DNA of 64,000 nt, taken from NCBI GenBank assembly GCA_050014015.1, contig JBEKEC010000046.1, forward strand, positions 2,405-66,404, in the 5' to 3' direction. Numbering within the stretch: the stretch's first letter is position 1; every line of letters starts with the position of its first letter. Below are positions 45,592-54,482 of this stretch, in pieces. A program made the position numbers and the translations under genes. This DNA comes from Tepidisphaeraceae bacterium. GTDB taxonomy: Bacteria > Planctomycetota > Phycisphaerae > Tepidisphaerales > Tepidisphaeraceae. The notes under the pieces were generated by a model. The model worked only from the letters and a program-made list of their open reading frames with translations. It had not been told where the DNA came from and did not search any database.

Positions 45592-45717
45592 AATCGGTTT
45601 TTTGGGTTGTGGCTATGCCGCGCTGGGCCATCCGCGTAATCCGTGGCAAGTCCGAATTTATCGGGCGAATGGCCATCCTAAGGCTACGGTTGAACATTGC
45701 CTGTTGGGACGGTGGTT

Positions 45718-45801
45718 ACAAAACCCCCGTTTTCGACAGCGCCGCGGGGGGTTTTGTCTACGTCTACGGGGGGACCCACTTGAATAAGCGGCGGTCGGCC
45801 A
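45718..45801. repeat. 84-bp repeat module, copy 2
   Basis: 82/84 identical to copy 1 by direct comparison. Weaker similarity extends ~55 bp to the left of both copies. Confidence 0.85.
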
Positions 45802-46614
45802 CGCTGCGCGAGAAAATTGAACAGTACATAGTGGAAAGTAGAGCGGACAAAGTGGACTCCTCTATATTCTTAGCCGGAAGGTGAAGGTTTTGGACGTGTT
45901 TTTGTTTCGCCGCGGGGAAAAAATAAAAAAACTGAAGGCACACGACGCTTCGTGCTGTAGGGCGTGGCCCGTTCATTCGTTCCAGAGTTATCACAATATT
46001 TTTGTTGACGACCGCCGAACCGGAAAAAGCCGGTTTCCAGCGAACTGAGGCATCCGCGCGTCCAGCGGTGTAGGCTGAATAGCCGACAAACGAATACCTA
46101 ACGGCCAAATAATCGAGTTGTGACGACCCCCTCTGCGTGCTATAAGACTACATTAGACGTTTTTGGGTTGCCTCATGTCGTATTTGGCGAGTCATCCGGG
46201 AAAGGAGTGGAGTTGCTCGGCAGAGGGAAGTTCAGGCTGCGGGCGGTGACGGGAAGCGACGGCTGGAGGCAAACGTCCTGATCAATTCGTTTCGGATCAA
46301 GAGGCGCGTTCGCGCCGATTGAGGTTCTCTGCCAAGCGGAGGCAGAGGAGGGTCCCCATCACGTTGATGGGCAGACGGTGTGTTGGGGACACACGGCGAA
46401 GGAGGAGAATCATGCAAGCAGTCAAGCAGTAAAGGCTCGCAGTTCCCTTCGTCAGTTTTAGTTCTTTTTAATTGCGAAAGAAGCGGCGCGCAGACGGTCT
46501 AAGTGTATCTGCCGCCGGAGATAGTCATGTTTTATCTACGAACTGGTGTGCGACGTGGATGGGACGCGCCATTCGGTTCAATTCACACTTTCCCATTCCA
46601 AAGGAGATGTAGTC

Positions 46615-47424
46615 ATGCTGAGTAAACGATTTTCTATTGCGTTCGTGGGTGTTGCGGCGGCACTCTCTGGGTTGGCGGAAAGGGGCTTTCCGACCAGGAA
46701 ATTACGCGCCCGGCAGGATGAGCCCGAGCAAAGGAGTTCTAGCACGGTAAAATTCTTGGCGATATCCTCCTTCTGGTCTTGTGTGGTGGTTCTCCTTTCG
46801 TTCGCCGGTGCCTCGGGGGCACCGCTTATTTCCAATGGAGATTTTGAATCGCCTTCTATTGGGGGAGGATCGGTTGCCGGGGTCTCCCCAACATCCTGGT
46901 CCTGCACACTTAACAATTACAATGCCGGCGGGGCTTTCCTTGTGAATGCGTCTGGCGGAGCATTTTGGGGCGTAACTGGGGGCGGAGCCGATTATTTTCC
47001 GGCAGCAGTGGAAGGGCAGCAATATCTCGCTATCGGAAATCATGCGGCTTCCGTTGTTTCACAGAGCTTCATTATCTCTGAACCAGCAATGTATGTGTTG
47101 TCTTGGTATGACAGCAGCTATTATTCAGGTGGCGTGGCATGTGCGCCCTACGAGGTAGCGATTACCGATTCATCTTCGACGACCATCGGATCTGTCTCTC
47201 TTGCGCCCAGCCAGACGGATGTTTGGGAACCTGAGACCATGACAGTCAATCTTACCGAGGGGACCTACACACTTGACTTCACCCCGACAGGTTACTCTTC
47301 CCAAACCTGTCCTCTCATCGACTCCGTTTCTCTGGAGGCAGTACCCGAGCCGGCGACGTCGGGGCTGCTGACGGCGGGCGCCGCAGGATTCCTCATGCGC
47401 CGCTCCCGCCGGAGAGCGGCATAA
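46615..47424 (+). CDS. PEP-CTERM sorting-domain protein with a DUF642-like N-terminal domain
   Basis: ATG 46615 follows AAGGAG. It has ..LISNGDFESPSIGGG.. and the C-terminal VPEPATSGLLTAGAAGFLMRRSRRRAA (PEP-CTERM motif, TM helix and basic tail). Confidence 0.75.
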   Translation: MLSKRFSIAFVGVAAALSGLAERGFPTRKLRARQDEPEQRSSSTVKFLAISSFWSCVVVLLSFAGASGAPLISNGDFESPSIGGGSVAGVSPTSWSCTLNNYNAGGAFLVNASGGAFWGVTGGGADYFPAAVEGQQYLAIGNHAASVVSQSFIISEPAMYVLSWYDSSYYSGGVACAPYEVAITDSSSTTIGSVSLAPSQTDVWEPETMTVNLTEGTYTLDFTPTGYSSQTCPLIDSVSLEAVPEPATSGLLTAGAAGFLMRRSRRRAA

Positions 47425-47513
47425 GGCTTAGGCAGCGGTAGCGCGAAGCTCCGTTGCCGGCCGACGGGCCGCAGGCAAGGCAAGGAGCCGTGCAAGAACA
47501 ATTTCGCAGAATA

Positions 47514-47562
47514 ACCCCCACCCTTGCCCTCCCCCTGAGTACATGGGGGGGGGAAAATGCGG
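47514..47562. repeat. REP-like element core, copy 2
   Basis: The sequence acccccacccttgccctccccctgagtacatggggggggggaaaatgcgg is in the same orientation as the copy at 38301..38350. Confidence 0.7.
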
Positions 47563-47905
47563 AGTTGTGGTTGCACAGCTTGTAAGGATATCCGCTCGGC
47601 GAAGGGATGCGGTGGCGGAGATTTGGCTAGCGTCACCGCGAGGACCGAGGGGAAAAATTTCTCGCGTCAGAGTTCGCGCGTGGGTGGCCGGCACTTCTCT
47701 TTTCCCGCCGAGCAAGCTCGGCGGGCTTTGGAAAAAACGGCGTCCCTCCTTGTTTGAGGCGAAAAGATGAACGGAAGACACAAACCAAGAAGGGACACCT
47801 GACACTTATAGAGTAGAAGTCTCCGCATGGGAGTTGCCGGGGAAAGGCGAAAGACGACAATTGGCGGTGTGGGGGTTTTTGGCAACATTTGGATGGAGGC
47901 GAACG

Positions 47906-48274
47906 ATGTTCAGGAATTACTTGCGGACGGCTGTGGCGGTGGCCGGATTGAGCGTGGGATTGGCGGCGACGCCGGGATGCCTGGTCACGGGTCATTCGGA
48001 TACCACGTACACGGGAACCAATGTGTCGCAGAGCACGTTCGCGCAAATCAAGCCGGGCAGCACAACGATCGGCTGGGTGCATGCCACGCTCGGCGAGCCG
48101 AATAACAAGACCAAGGACGGCGACGACGAGGTGTGGAAATACGTGTATACGGAACACACCGACTCGAGCGGCGCGGTATTCCTGATCTTCGGCGGGTCCA
48201 GTTCCAGCGAGAAGACCAACACCGTGTTCATCGAATTCAAGGATGGGGTCGTCATCAATAAATGGCGGGGATGA
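47906..48274 (+). CDS. Small lipoprotein (SmpA/OmlA/BamE-like fold suspected)
   Basis: MFRNYLRTAVAVAGLSVGLAATPGC is a lipobox. It also has ..FAQIKPGSTTIGWVHATLGEPN. Confidence 0.55.
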   Translation: MFRNYLRTAVAVAGLSVGLAATPGCLVTGHSDTTYTGTNVSQSTFAQIKPGSTTIGWVHATLGEPNNKTKDGDDEVWKYVYTEHTDSSGAVFLIFGGSSSSEKTNTVFIEFKDGVVINKWRG

Positions 48275-48426
48275 GATTAAGCAGACTGCGGTCGCTTTGA
48301 ATCCCGTTGTTGAATGCGATTATCATTTTTGTCAGAAGCCTGCACTTCCGGTAGAAACGAAGTACGAGCCTGTCTTCTTTTGGGCGCGTCGGCCACCTTA
48401 ACACGTTTTTCTCGGAGGAATTCATC

Positions 48427-49119
48427 ATGCGTCGACATATGGGTCTTTTCCTATCGCTGCCCATACTGATTCTTCCGATTTTAGTTGGCTGTACCTCTAC
48501 CAAAGACATGGCGTTGAACCCTGATATAAAGTCGCTCGATACTCAGAAGAAGTCCATCGCGATTTTCACCCTGACCGTAAGGAACGATTTCAAACCCGAC
48601 TACGGGTTGGCACCGTGCAATATCTTGGTGAAGCCGAGCGCGGGCAGTGGTACATGGTTTACGCTAGCAGGCGACTGGCAAGGAAATGGCGCTCATCCGG
48701 GTTGGTACAACTGGAAGGGTACGATTGACTTCCCAGTAAGCCTCGGATTGGACCCGGGTAAGTATGTGATTAGCAATGTTGTGGCAGGTGGCAGCGCTGT
48801 GATACTTAACTGGCACTCTAGTTTCCCACTCAACGCGGAATTTGATCTACCGCCCAGATCGGTCGTCTATCTTGGGCACATGGTCATGGCCAATCGCGAA
48901 CGCAAAGACGACGAGCCGCGATCAGGCCCCGTAATTGGACCAGATTTGGTTCTGGGATTAATTCCGGCATTCGTTGAACAAGGCGTGTCGGGCATGTCCG
49001 GAGGTACGATGGACATTTCCATTACCGATCAAAGCAGCGAAGATATACCGAAGTTCCTGGCGAAATGCCCGTGTCTGCAGGCCATGGCGATCAAAACGGC
49101 GATCGCGACGAAGCAGTGA
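48427..49119 (+). CDS. Hypothetical lipoprotein
   Basis: MRRHMGLFLSLPILILPILVGC is a lipobox. I recognise no family. The gene is AT-richer than the core genes. Confidence 0.55.
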   Translation: MRRHMGLFLSLPILILPILVGCTSTKDMALNPDIKSLDTQKKSIAIFTLTVRNDFKPDYGLAPCNILVKPSAGSGTWFTLAGDWQGNGAHPGWYNWKGTIDFPVSLGLDPGKYVISNVVAGGSAVILNWHSSFPLNAEFDLPPRSVVYLGHMVMANRERKDDEPRSGPVIGPDLVLGLIPAFVEQGVSGMSGGTMDISITDQSSEDIPKFLAKCPCLQAMAIKTAIATKQ

Positions 49120-49452
49120 CGTCGGAAGGGTCCGGGAGGACAGAAGTGGTCTGCTCACGTTGGCGATGGCCTTCCGCGATGAAGGGAAAGAGGATTCGCC
49201 GCGAGCTTGAAACCCCGGCCCACTGTGACCGCCGGAACGTGAGGTTGCCGCGGCAATTGTGCAAGCGATGCGGCGACATTCTGCCGCAAACTGGAGGGTT
49301 CTGTCCGCTGTCGCTATTCCAACTGAGTTACTTCGCTCCTGGAAATTCGCCTAGTGGCCCGTGACAATTGAAATACGGTTTCTGATCGGTTGAGATAGAC
49401 GGTGTTGCGGCGATGGATCGCCGCCATGTGGGCGTTACACGGGAGGCAAGTC

Positions 49453-49893
49453 ATGGATGACCTATCGCGGTTTTGTTGCCAAAACCCGCATTGTGCCGAC
49501 TTCGGCAAGCGCGGGGCGAAGAATCTGACGGTCTGTGGACGCTTCGGCAAACATGAGACGTTTCGGTTGTTGTACTGCCGGAGGTGTCGAGCACGATTCA
49601 GTGAACGGAAGGGGACGCCGCTGTTCAACAGCCGGTTGCCGGAGCAAAAGAGCCTGTCGGTGCTGGAACACATCGCCGAAGGGTGCGGCGTGCGGAAGAC
49701 GGCCCGGCTGCTGAGGTTGAGCCGTGGAACGGTGGGCCGGCTCTCGAAACTGGCGGGAGACCAGGCGCATGCGTTGCACGATGAGTTGGTCGCTTTTTCC
49801 CCCGCGGACACGCGAGGCGCAGATGGACGAAAAGTGGGCGTTCGTCGCAAAAAAGCAGGCGAATTGCGACGAGGCAGACGTAGAGCGCGGTGA
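49453..49893 (+). CDS. IS1-like transposase N-terminal frame (Zn finger plus HTH)
   Basis: Sequence is MDDLSRFCCQNPHCADFGKRGAKNLTVCGRFGKHETFRLLYCRRCRARF.. with ..VRKTARLLRLSRGTV. The ATG follows GGGAGG. Confidence 0.7.
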   Translation: MDDLSRFCCQNPHCADFGKRGAKNLTVCGRFGKHETFRLLYCRRCRARFSERKGTPLFNSRLPEQKSLSVLEHIAEGCGVRKTARLLRLSRGTVGRLSKLAGDQAHALHDELVAFSPADTRGADGRKVGVRRKKAGELRRGRRRAR

Positions 49894-50548
49894 CTGTTGG
49901 GATCACGTGGCCTTGGACCCGGAGCATCGGCTGGTGCTGAGCGTGGTACCGGGCAAACGATCGGTGGCGAACCTGCGGAAGCTGCTGGCGGATCTCACGC
50001 GACGGACCGGCGGACGAATCATGAAGCTGATCACCACCGATGATTATCCGGCCTACGAGGGCACGATCCTGGAAGCTTACGGTCACCGCGTGGTGCCCTT
50101 GCCGCAGATTAAGCCGGGACGGCGAGCGTTGCCTTATCGAGTGCCGCCGAGGGAGTTGACCTACGCGACGGTGCATAAGACCCGCAAGAACGGGCGGGTG
50201 GTGAAGGTCCAGCCGAAGTTGGTGTTCGGAACCCCAGCGGCTTTGGCCGCGGCGCTGAAGCAATCCCGATGCAGTCGTCAGGTGAACACCTCGTTCATCG
50301 AACGGCAAAATGGGACCGACCGGAACCGCAACGCCCGTAAGGTGCGGCAAACGTATTGCTTTTCCAAGGATTGGCAGATGCACGAAGCGGTGACGTACTT
50401 CACGATGTACAGTTATAATTTCTGCTGGCCGGTCCGGACGCTACGACGCGCTGGCCAACAACGCACGCCCGCCATGTCGGCGGGCCTGGCCGGCCACGTG
50501 TGGCCTTTACAAGAATGGATCACATTACCGGCCGTTCAATCGGGATAG
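49724..50548 (+). CDS. IS1-like transposase catalytic frame (DDE), +1 relative to the N-terminal frame
   Basis: It has ..EAQMDEKWAFVAKKQ.., ..LITTDDYPAYEG.. and ..NTSFIERQNGTDRNRNARKVRQTYCFSKDW. It has no start of its own near the junction. Confidence 0.7.
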   Translation: MERWAGSRNWRETRRMRCTMSWSLFPPRTREAQMDEKWAFVAKKQANCDEADVERGDCWDHVALDPEHRLVLSVVPGKRSVANLRKLLADLTRRTGGRIMKLITTDDYPAYEGTILEAYGHRVVPLPQIKPGRRALPYRVPPRELTYATVHKTRKNGRVVKVQPKLVFGTPAALAAALKQSRCSRQVNTSFIERQNGTDRNRNARKVRQTYCFSKDWQMHEAVTYFTMYSYNFCWPVRTLRRAGQQRTPAMSAGLAGHVWPLQEWITLPAVQSG

Positions 50549-50573
50549 GCCACTAGGGAAATTCGGGGCGCGG

Positions 50574-51053
50574 CTATTTCACATTCGGACAAAGCGTCAG
50601 AAGGGCAGACACGACTCGGTCTGAATCTTCTCGCTTGTTTGGTAGGTTGAAACAGATCGGAGGATTATAAACGCCTGGGATGTACTTAAGCTCAATCCAT
50701 TTGGTGGAACCACTTGAAGTCGTAACCCCGCTCAAGTGCAATCCCACAACGTCCTTAAATTGGATCCGATAGGGCTTGTAGCGATTTGTAGGTTCGTGAC
50801 TAGAGTCTTCAATACACTCTTCGGCAGCGATACCGTACTCATCGAGATTTTGAGTCAAGTCAAAGTCTGCCTCGGTACAAGAGTAATTCGTTGAATTCAA
50901 AATCTGCACCGCTTCCGGTATGCCCAACGTAGGCAAGGTGTTAGACGCGCGCGTAATTTCTGAGTCACTTATGCTAACGCACCCGCTGCTCAATGTCACG
51001 AGGTACATGGTCAAACAGATGGCCACCGAGAGCCTAGCAATCCGGAATGCCAT
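50574..51053 (-). CDS. Hypothetical lipoprotein
   Basis: MAFRIARLSVAICLTMYLVTLSSGC is a lipobox. The gene is AT-rich. Confidence 0.5.
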   Translation of the reverse strand: MAFRIARLSVAICLTMYLVTLSSGCVSISDSEITRASNTLPTLGIPEAVQILNSTNYSCTEADFDLTQNLDEYGIAAEECIEDSSHEPTNRYKPYRIQFKDVVGLHLSGVTTSSGSTKWIELKYIPGVYNPPICFNLPNKREDSDRVVSALLTLCPNVK

Positions 51054-51384
51054 GGTTTGTTCATTCTACCGGCGCAAGGTAACGGTAGCAAGGATGGGCA
51101 GCCGTCGCTCCGGCCACTTCGTAGGGTTGTACGCTCCCCGCGCGATTTCGGTACAACTTTCGGCAGTCGAAACCCTCCAATTCATTCAAGGGGCGAAAGC
51201 CACGTGAATCCACGCGAAGTTGGATCGCGGACTCAGGACAATGACGAGCTTGACAATAACCGGCCATGCGATAGCATTTTTTGTGCCATGAAGGGGCGAA
51301 AGAAGAAGGAACGGGATGCTCGTGCGGCCGCTTCAGAACCCAGCAAGAAGGTCAACACAATTGTGCCTTGAATATTCGCACGCC

Positions 51385-51909
51385 TTGAGTCTGCGATTTG
51401 CAACCTTGATGTTTCTCTGTTCCATTTCAGGATGTACATCTTATCCGTTATATACGACAGTCCGCGACAATCTTCCCGCAATCGCCCCGGGCCAATCGAG
51501 GATTTGGTTTTTTACGCACGATTCGCTTTCCGATGGCAGCTTCTCGATCCAGGTAAACTTGGACCGCCAAAAGGTCTCACCGGACGGTTTTGGCGCGTCT
51601 GGATGGGATCCTCAAGAAACGTGCTTCTTCGTCGACCATCCACCAGTCGAATGCACGGTGTCTATAATTCCGTGCGGAGCGACCGATCCCGATGCCGAAC
51701 TTCATATCCACTTGGTCGCGGGAGAGACGCGGTATATCGAGATATATGCTTTACATGCTGGCACCCTTGGCGCGAAATTAGCAGCCAATATGCCTGAACC
51801 AGAAATAGGCCGTCAAATGTTGGAAGACCCCGACCCGTCGCCGTTCGGAGGCGCCGACCCGCACCGCGTAAAAGACCTCTACGTTGGTGCATATGCTCAG
51901 AAGCCATAA
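51385..51909 (+). CDS. DUF2846-like lipoprotein (paralog of the next gene)
   Basis: I propose a TTG start at 51385, giving MSLRFATLMFLCSISGC (lipobox). An alternative ATG is at 51409. It also has ..SRIWFF..VNLDRQKV..LVAGETRYIEIY. Confidence 0.5.
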   Translation: MSLRFATLMFLCSISGCTSYPLYTTVRDNLPAIAPGQSRIWFFTHDSLSDGSFSIQVNLDRQKVSPDGFGASGWDPQETCFFVDHPPVECTVSIIPCGATDPDAELHIHLVAGETRYIEIYALHAGTLGAKLAANMPEPEIGRQMLEDPDPSPFGGADPHRVKDLYVGAYAQKP

Positions 51910-51918
51910 GGTAGTAGT

Positions 51919-52314
51919 ATGATTCGCCTCCACATTACGATGATATTATCGCTCTTTCTGCTGTGGGGCTGTGCTTCGGGCCCAACTCTTGCGGAGAGCG
52001 AATCTGGGATTCCGTCGCTCGCACCATCCAATGGGCGAGTTTTCATTTACTCCGTTGATAGCGATGAGGCGTGGCGGACAGACATATTGGTGGATGGGCA
52101 GAATGTTGGCGTGTTAGTAGCAGGCGGGGTATTTTTTAAAGATTTGCCCGCAGGAGCACATGGAATTGATTCCGGCTTGGGGCAGCATTTGGAATTTCAG
52201 CTATTCGCCGGAGAAACTCGTTACGTGAAATGGGTTAGCGGGACCTCGTTGTTGTTGATTCATCCGGACCAAGGTAGTCAAGAAATTCGAAGTTTGGTGT
52301 ATCTTGGCCGATAG
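51919..52314 (+). CDS. DUF2846 domain lipoprotein
   Basis: MIRLHITMILSLFLLWGC is a lipobox. It also has ..GRVFIYS..ILVDGQNVGVLVAGGVFFKDLPAGAHGI..LFAGETRYVKW. Confidence 0.6.
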   Translation: MIRLHITMILSLFLLWGCASGPTLAESESGIPSLAPSNGRVFIYSVDSDEAWRTDILVDGQNVGVLVAGGVFFKDLPAGAHGIDSGLGQHLEFQLFAGETRYVKWVSGTSLLLIHPDQGSQEIRSLVYLGR

Positions 52315-52559
52315 GCCCGGAAAAATTGGGATTAGATGAAGACCGAGAGAAAGCTGACGCGATCTTGACCATGGCTTTTATGGGCACGAGCATCGGCGCA
52401 GCCGAAATCAGCAAGAGCGAATTCGGCCGGTGTACCGGCCGACATCCCGGAATACCGGCACTCCACTGGCAAGATGCCAGTGCCACAATGGCTTGATCGG
52501 GGGCCGCATTCCAATATCATCGCTTCGGATAGCAATTCTAAATTTTTTACGGAGACTTT

Positions 52560-53777
52560 ATGAGCAGCCAACTAAAAGGCAATGCGGTGGTCGGACAATC
52601 CGGGGGTCCGACGGCGGTGATTAACCAATCCCTCGTCGGCGTCATTCAGGGCGTCAAGGAATGCGGGCATATCGAACAGCTCCTGGGGGCCAGGCACGGT
52701 GTGCGGGGGATCGTCGATGAGAAATTCATCGACCTGAAGAAGGCCAGCGGGGAATTGCTGGAACGGGTGGCGCAGACGCCGGCGGCGGCGCTGGGATCGA
52801 CACGCGATAAACCCGATGCGGCTTATTGCGAGAAAATCTTCAAATCATTTTCCAAAAATAACGTTCGCTATTTCTTCTACATCGGCGGGAACGATTCGGC
52901 GGATACGGCGCGGATCGTTTCGGAACTGGCCAGGAAGGAGAAATACGAGTTGCGGGTGTTTCACGTTCCCAAGACGATTGATAACGATCTGCGGGTTCAC
53001 GATCACACGCCGGGGTATGGGTCGGCGGCGAAGTTCGTTGCGGCGGCGATGATCGGGGACAATTTCGACAACAAATCGTTGCCGGGGATCAAGGTGGACG
53101 TGGTGATGGGCAGGAACGCGGGATTTTTGACGGCGGCGTCGGTTCTGGCGCGGCATCAGCCGGATGACGGCCCGCATTTGATTTACGTTCCGGAATCGCC
53201 GCTGAGCGAGGCGAAATTCATTTCGGACGTGGAGCGGGTGTATTCGAAGCTGGGCCGATGCCTGATCGCGGTGAGCGAAGGGATTTCGCGGCCGGAGGGC
53301 ATGACGTGGACGGAGGCGATGGCGGAAAACCTCGAACGGGACGGGCATGGGAACGTTCAGCTTTCGGGATCGGGGGCGCTGGGGGATTTGCTGGCGGATT
53401 TGATCAAGCGAAGGTTGGGATCGAGCGGCGGGAAGAAGCTGCGGGTGAGGGCGGATACGTTTGGATATTTGCAGCGAAGTTTTCCGGGATTCGTCAGTAC
53501 GGTGGATGCGACGGAGGCGCGGCGGGTTGGGCGGATGGCGGTGAAATACAGCTCGCAAGGCGAATTGGAAGGAAGCGTGGCGATGAAGCGATTGCCGGGC
53601 CATTCGTACAGCGTGGACACGTTTCTCACGCCGCTGGCATCCGTGGCGAAGGAAACCAAGCATCTCGATGCGGCGTTCCTGTCGGAGGGGAATAACGTGA
53701 CGGAGGCGTTCGTGCAGTACGTGAAGCCTCTGGTGGGCGAGTTGCCGAAGGTGGGGTCGCTGGATGAGATCAAATGA
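52560..53777 (+). CDS. 6-phosphofructokinase family enzyme (ATP versus PPi dependence not resolved)
   Basis: It has ..AVVGQSGGPTAVINQSL.., ..FFYIGGNDSADTA.., ..HVPKTIDNDL.. and ..VMGRNAGFL. Confidence 0.8.
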   Translation: MSSQLKGNAVVGQSGGPTAVINQSLVGVIQGVKECGHIEQLLGARHGVRGIVDEKFIDLKKASGELLERVAQTPAAALGSTRDKPDAAYCEKIFKSFSKNNVRYFFYIGGNDSADTARIVSELARKEKYELRVFHVPKTIDNDLRVHDHTPGYGSAAKFVAAAMIGDNFDNKSLPGIKVDVVMGRNAGFLTAASVLARHQPDDGPHLIYVPESPLSEAKFISDVERVYSKLGRCLIAVSEGISRPEGMTWTEAMAENLERDGHGNVQLSGSGALGDLLADLIKRRLGSSGGKKLRVRADTFGYLQRSFPGFVSTVDATEARRVGRMAVKYSSQGELEGSVAMKRLPGHSYSVDTFLTPLASVAKETKHLDAAFLSEGNNVTEAFVQYVKPLVGELPKVGSLDEIK

Positions 53778-53789
53778 AAGGCTCAGCCC

Positions 53790-54482
53790 ATGCCGGCTGG
53801 TGGGATATGCCCGCAATGTCGCCAGAACGTATCGCCAATGGCGAGGTTTTGCGCGCAGTGCGGGTTGGAGTTAGTGGCCGGGGAAGTGCGGGCGGCTTGG
53901 AACTTCACGAAATGGCTGGCGGTCTTCGTCGGAATCGTGTTGCTGCTCTCGATGACCGCCGGCGCAATCCTTTTCGTGTTCGGGGCCGTACATACTTCAG
54001 TGGGAATATCGCAGACGGCTGAGCAGGCCGGTCAGGCCGCGGCGAACACCGAGGCCCAGCGCCAGGCGTTGCTTCATGCGCATGATCCGTGGTGGGATGC
54101 GGCGCAGCCGGACGGGATGAAGCCGTTTTTTTTCGGTAAAGAGTATCTGGTTGGGCCGGGCGAGTGGACTTCGATCGACGTGAGCCCACCGGCATCGTCG
54201 GGGCGATATAGGTATTTGGTTGAATTCGAGGGAATCAACCGGTTCCGAGCGCGACCGAACGGTTATGCAGAACGGGAATTTGTGTTTCCGAACCGGGATA
54301 ATTTGCAGCCCTATCAAATGAGCGGATGGTGCCAGACCCTTCTGGTGCAATCCTTGGACGGGGCGGTTCATCGGGTGAGAGTCAAATACGTCCGGGTGCC
54401 GGCAAATCAGGCCCCGCCGGGCTATTGGCGGCCTACAAATTATTCAAACCAGCGCTTTAGTTTCAGGAAATGTTTTTCGTAA
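53790..54482 (+). CDS. Zinc-ribbon plus single-TM protein of unknown function
   Basis: MPAGGICPQCRQNVSPMARFCAQCGLEL is followed by the TM helix WLAVFVGIVLLLSMTAGAILFVF. The 3' end overlaps the convergent gene by 43 nt. Confidence 0.5.
   Translation: MPAGGICPQCRQNVSPMARFCAQCGLELVAGEVRAAWNFTKWLAVFVGIVLLLSMTAGAILFVFGAVHTSVGISQTAEQAGQAAANTEAQRQALLHAHDPWWDAAQPDGMKPFFFGKEYLVGPGEWTSIDVSPPASSGRYRYLVEFEGINRFRARPNGYAEREFVFPNRDNLQPYQMSGWCQTLLVQSLDGAVHRVRVKYVRVPANQAPPGYWRPTNYSNQRFSFRKCFS

Larger units (their letters stand above)
49341..50566 (+). mobile_element. IS1-family-like insertion sequence
   Basis: Imperfect terminal inverted repeats are present (ggaaattcgcctagtggcc at 49341-49359; ggccactagggaaattc at 50548-50564). 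They bracket Zn-finger/HTH and DDE reading frames. I found no clear target-site duplication. Confidence 0.7.

Noticed and set aside
46110-46410. The long leader upstream of the PEP-CTERM gene, examined as a riboswitch, tmRNA, RNase P RNA or c-di-GMP element
   Set aside because: I could not find any of the conserved cores I know: the RNase P GGAAAGTCCGG-type box, a tRNA-like GGTTCGA end, or the GEMM ACGCAAAGC-type motif. A covariance-model scan would be needed before any call.
49295-49340. A tRNA-like string (minus strand ..GTAACTCAGTTGGAATAGCG..) abutting the left end of the IS, considered as a possible tRNA fragment or att site
   Set aside because: I could not fold a cloverleaf. The D-stem positions do not pair and no anticodon or T arm follows. 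The resemblance is limited to the D-loop consensus.
49341-50566. A target-site duplication for the IS1-like element
   Set aside because: The flanks (..cttcgctcct | IS | ggggcgcggc..) share no direct repeat at any boundary choice I tried, so none is reported.
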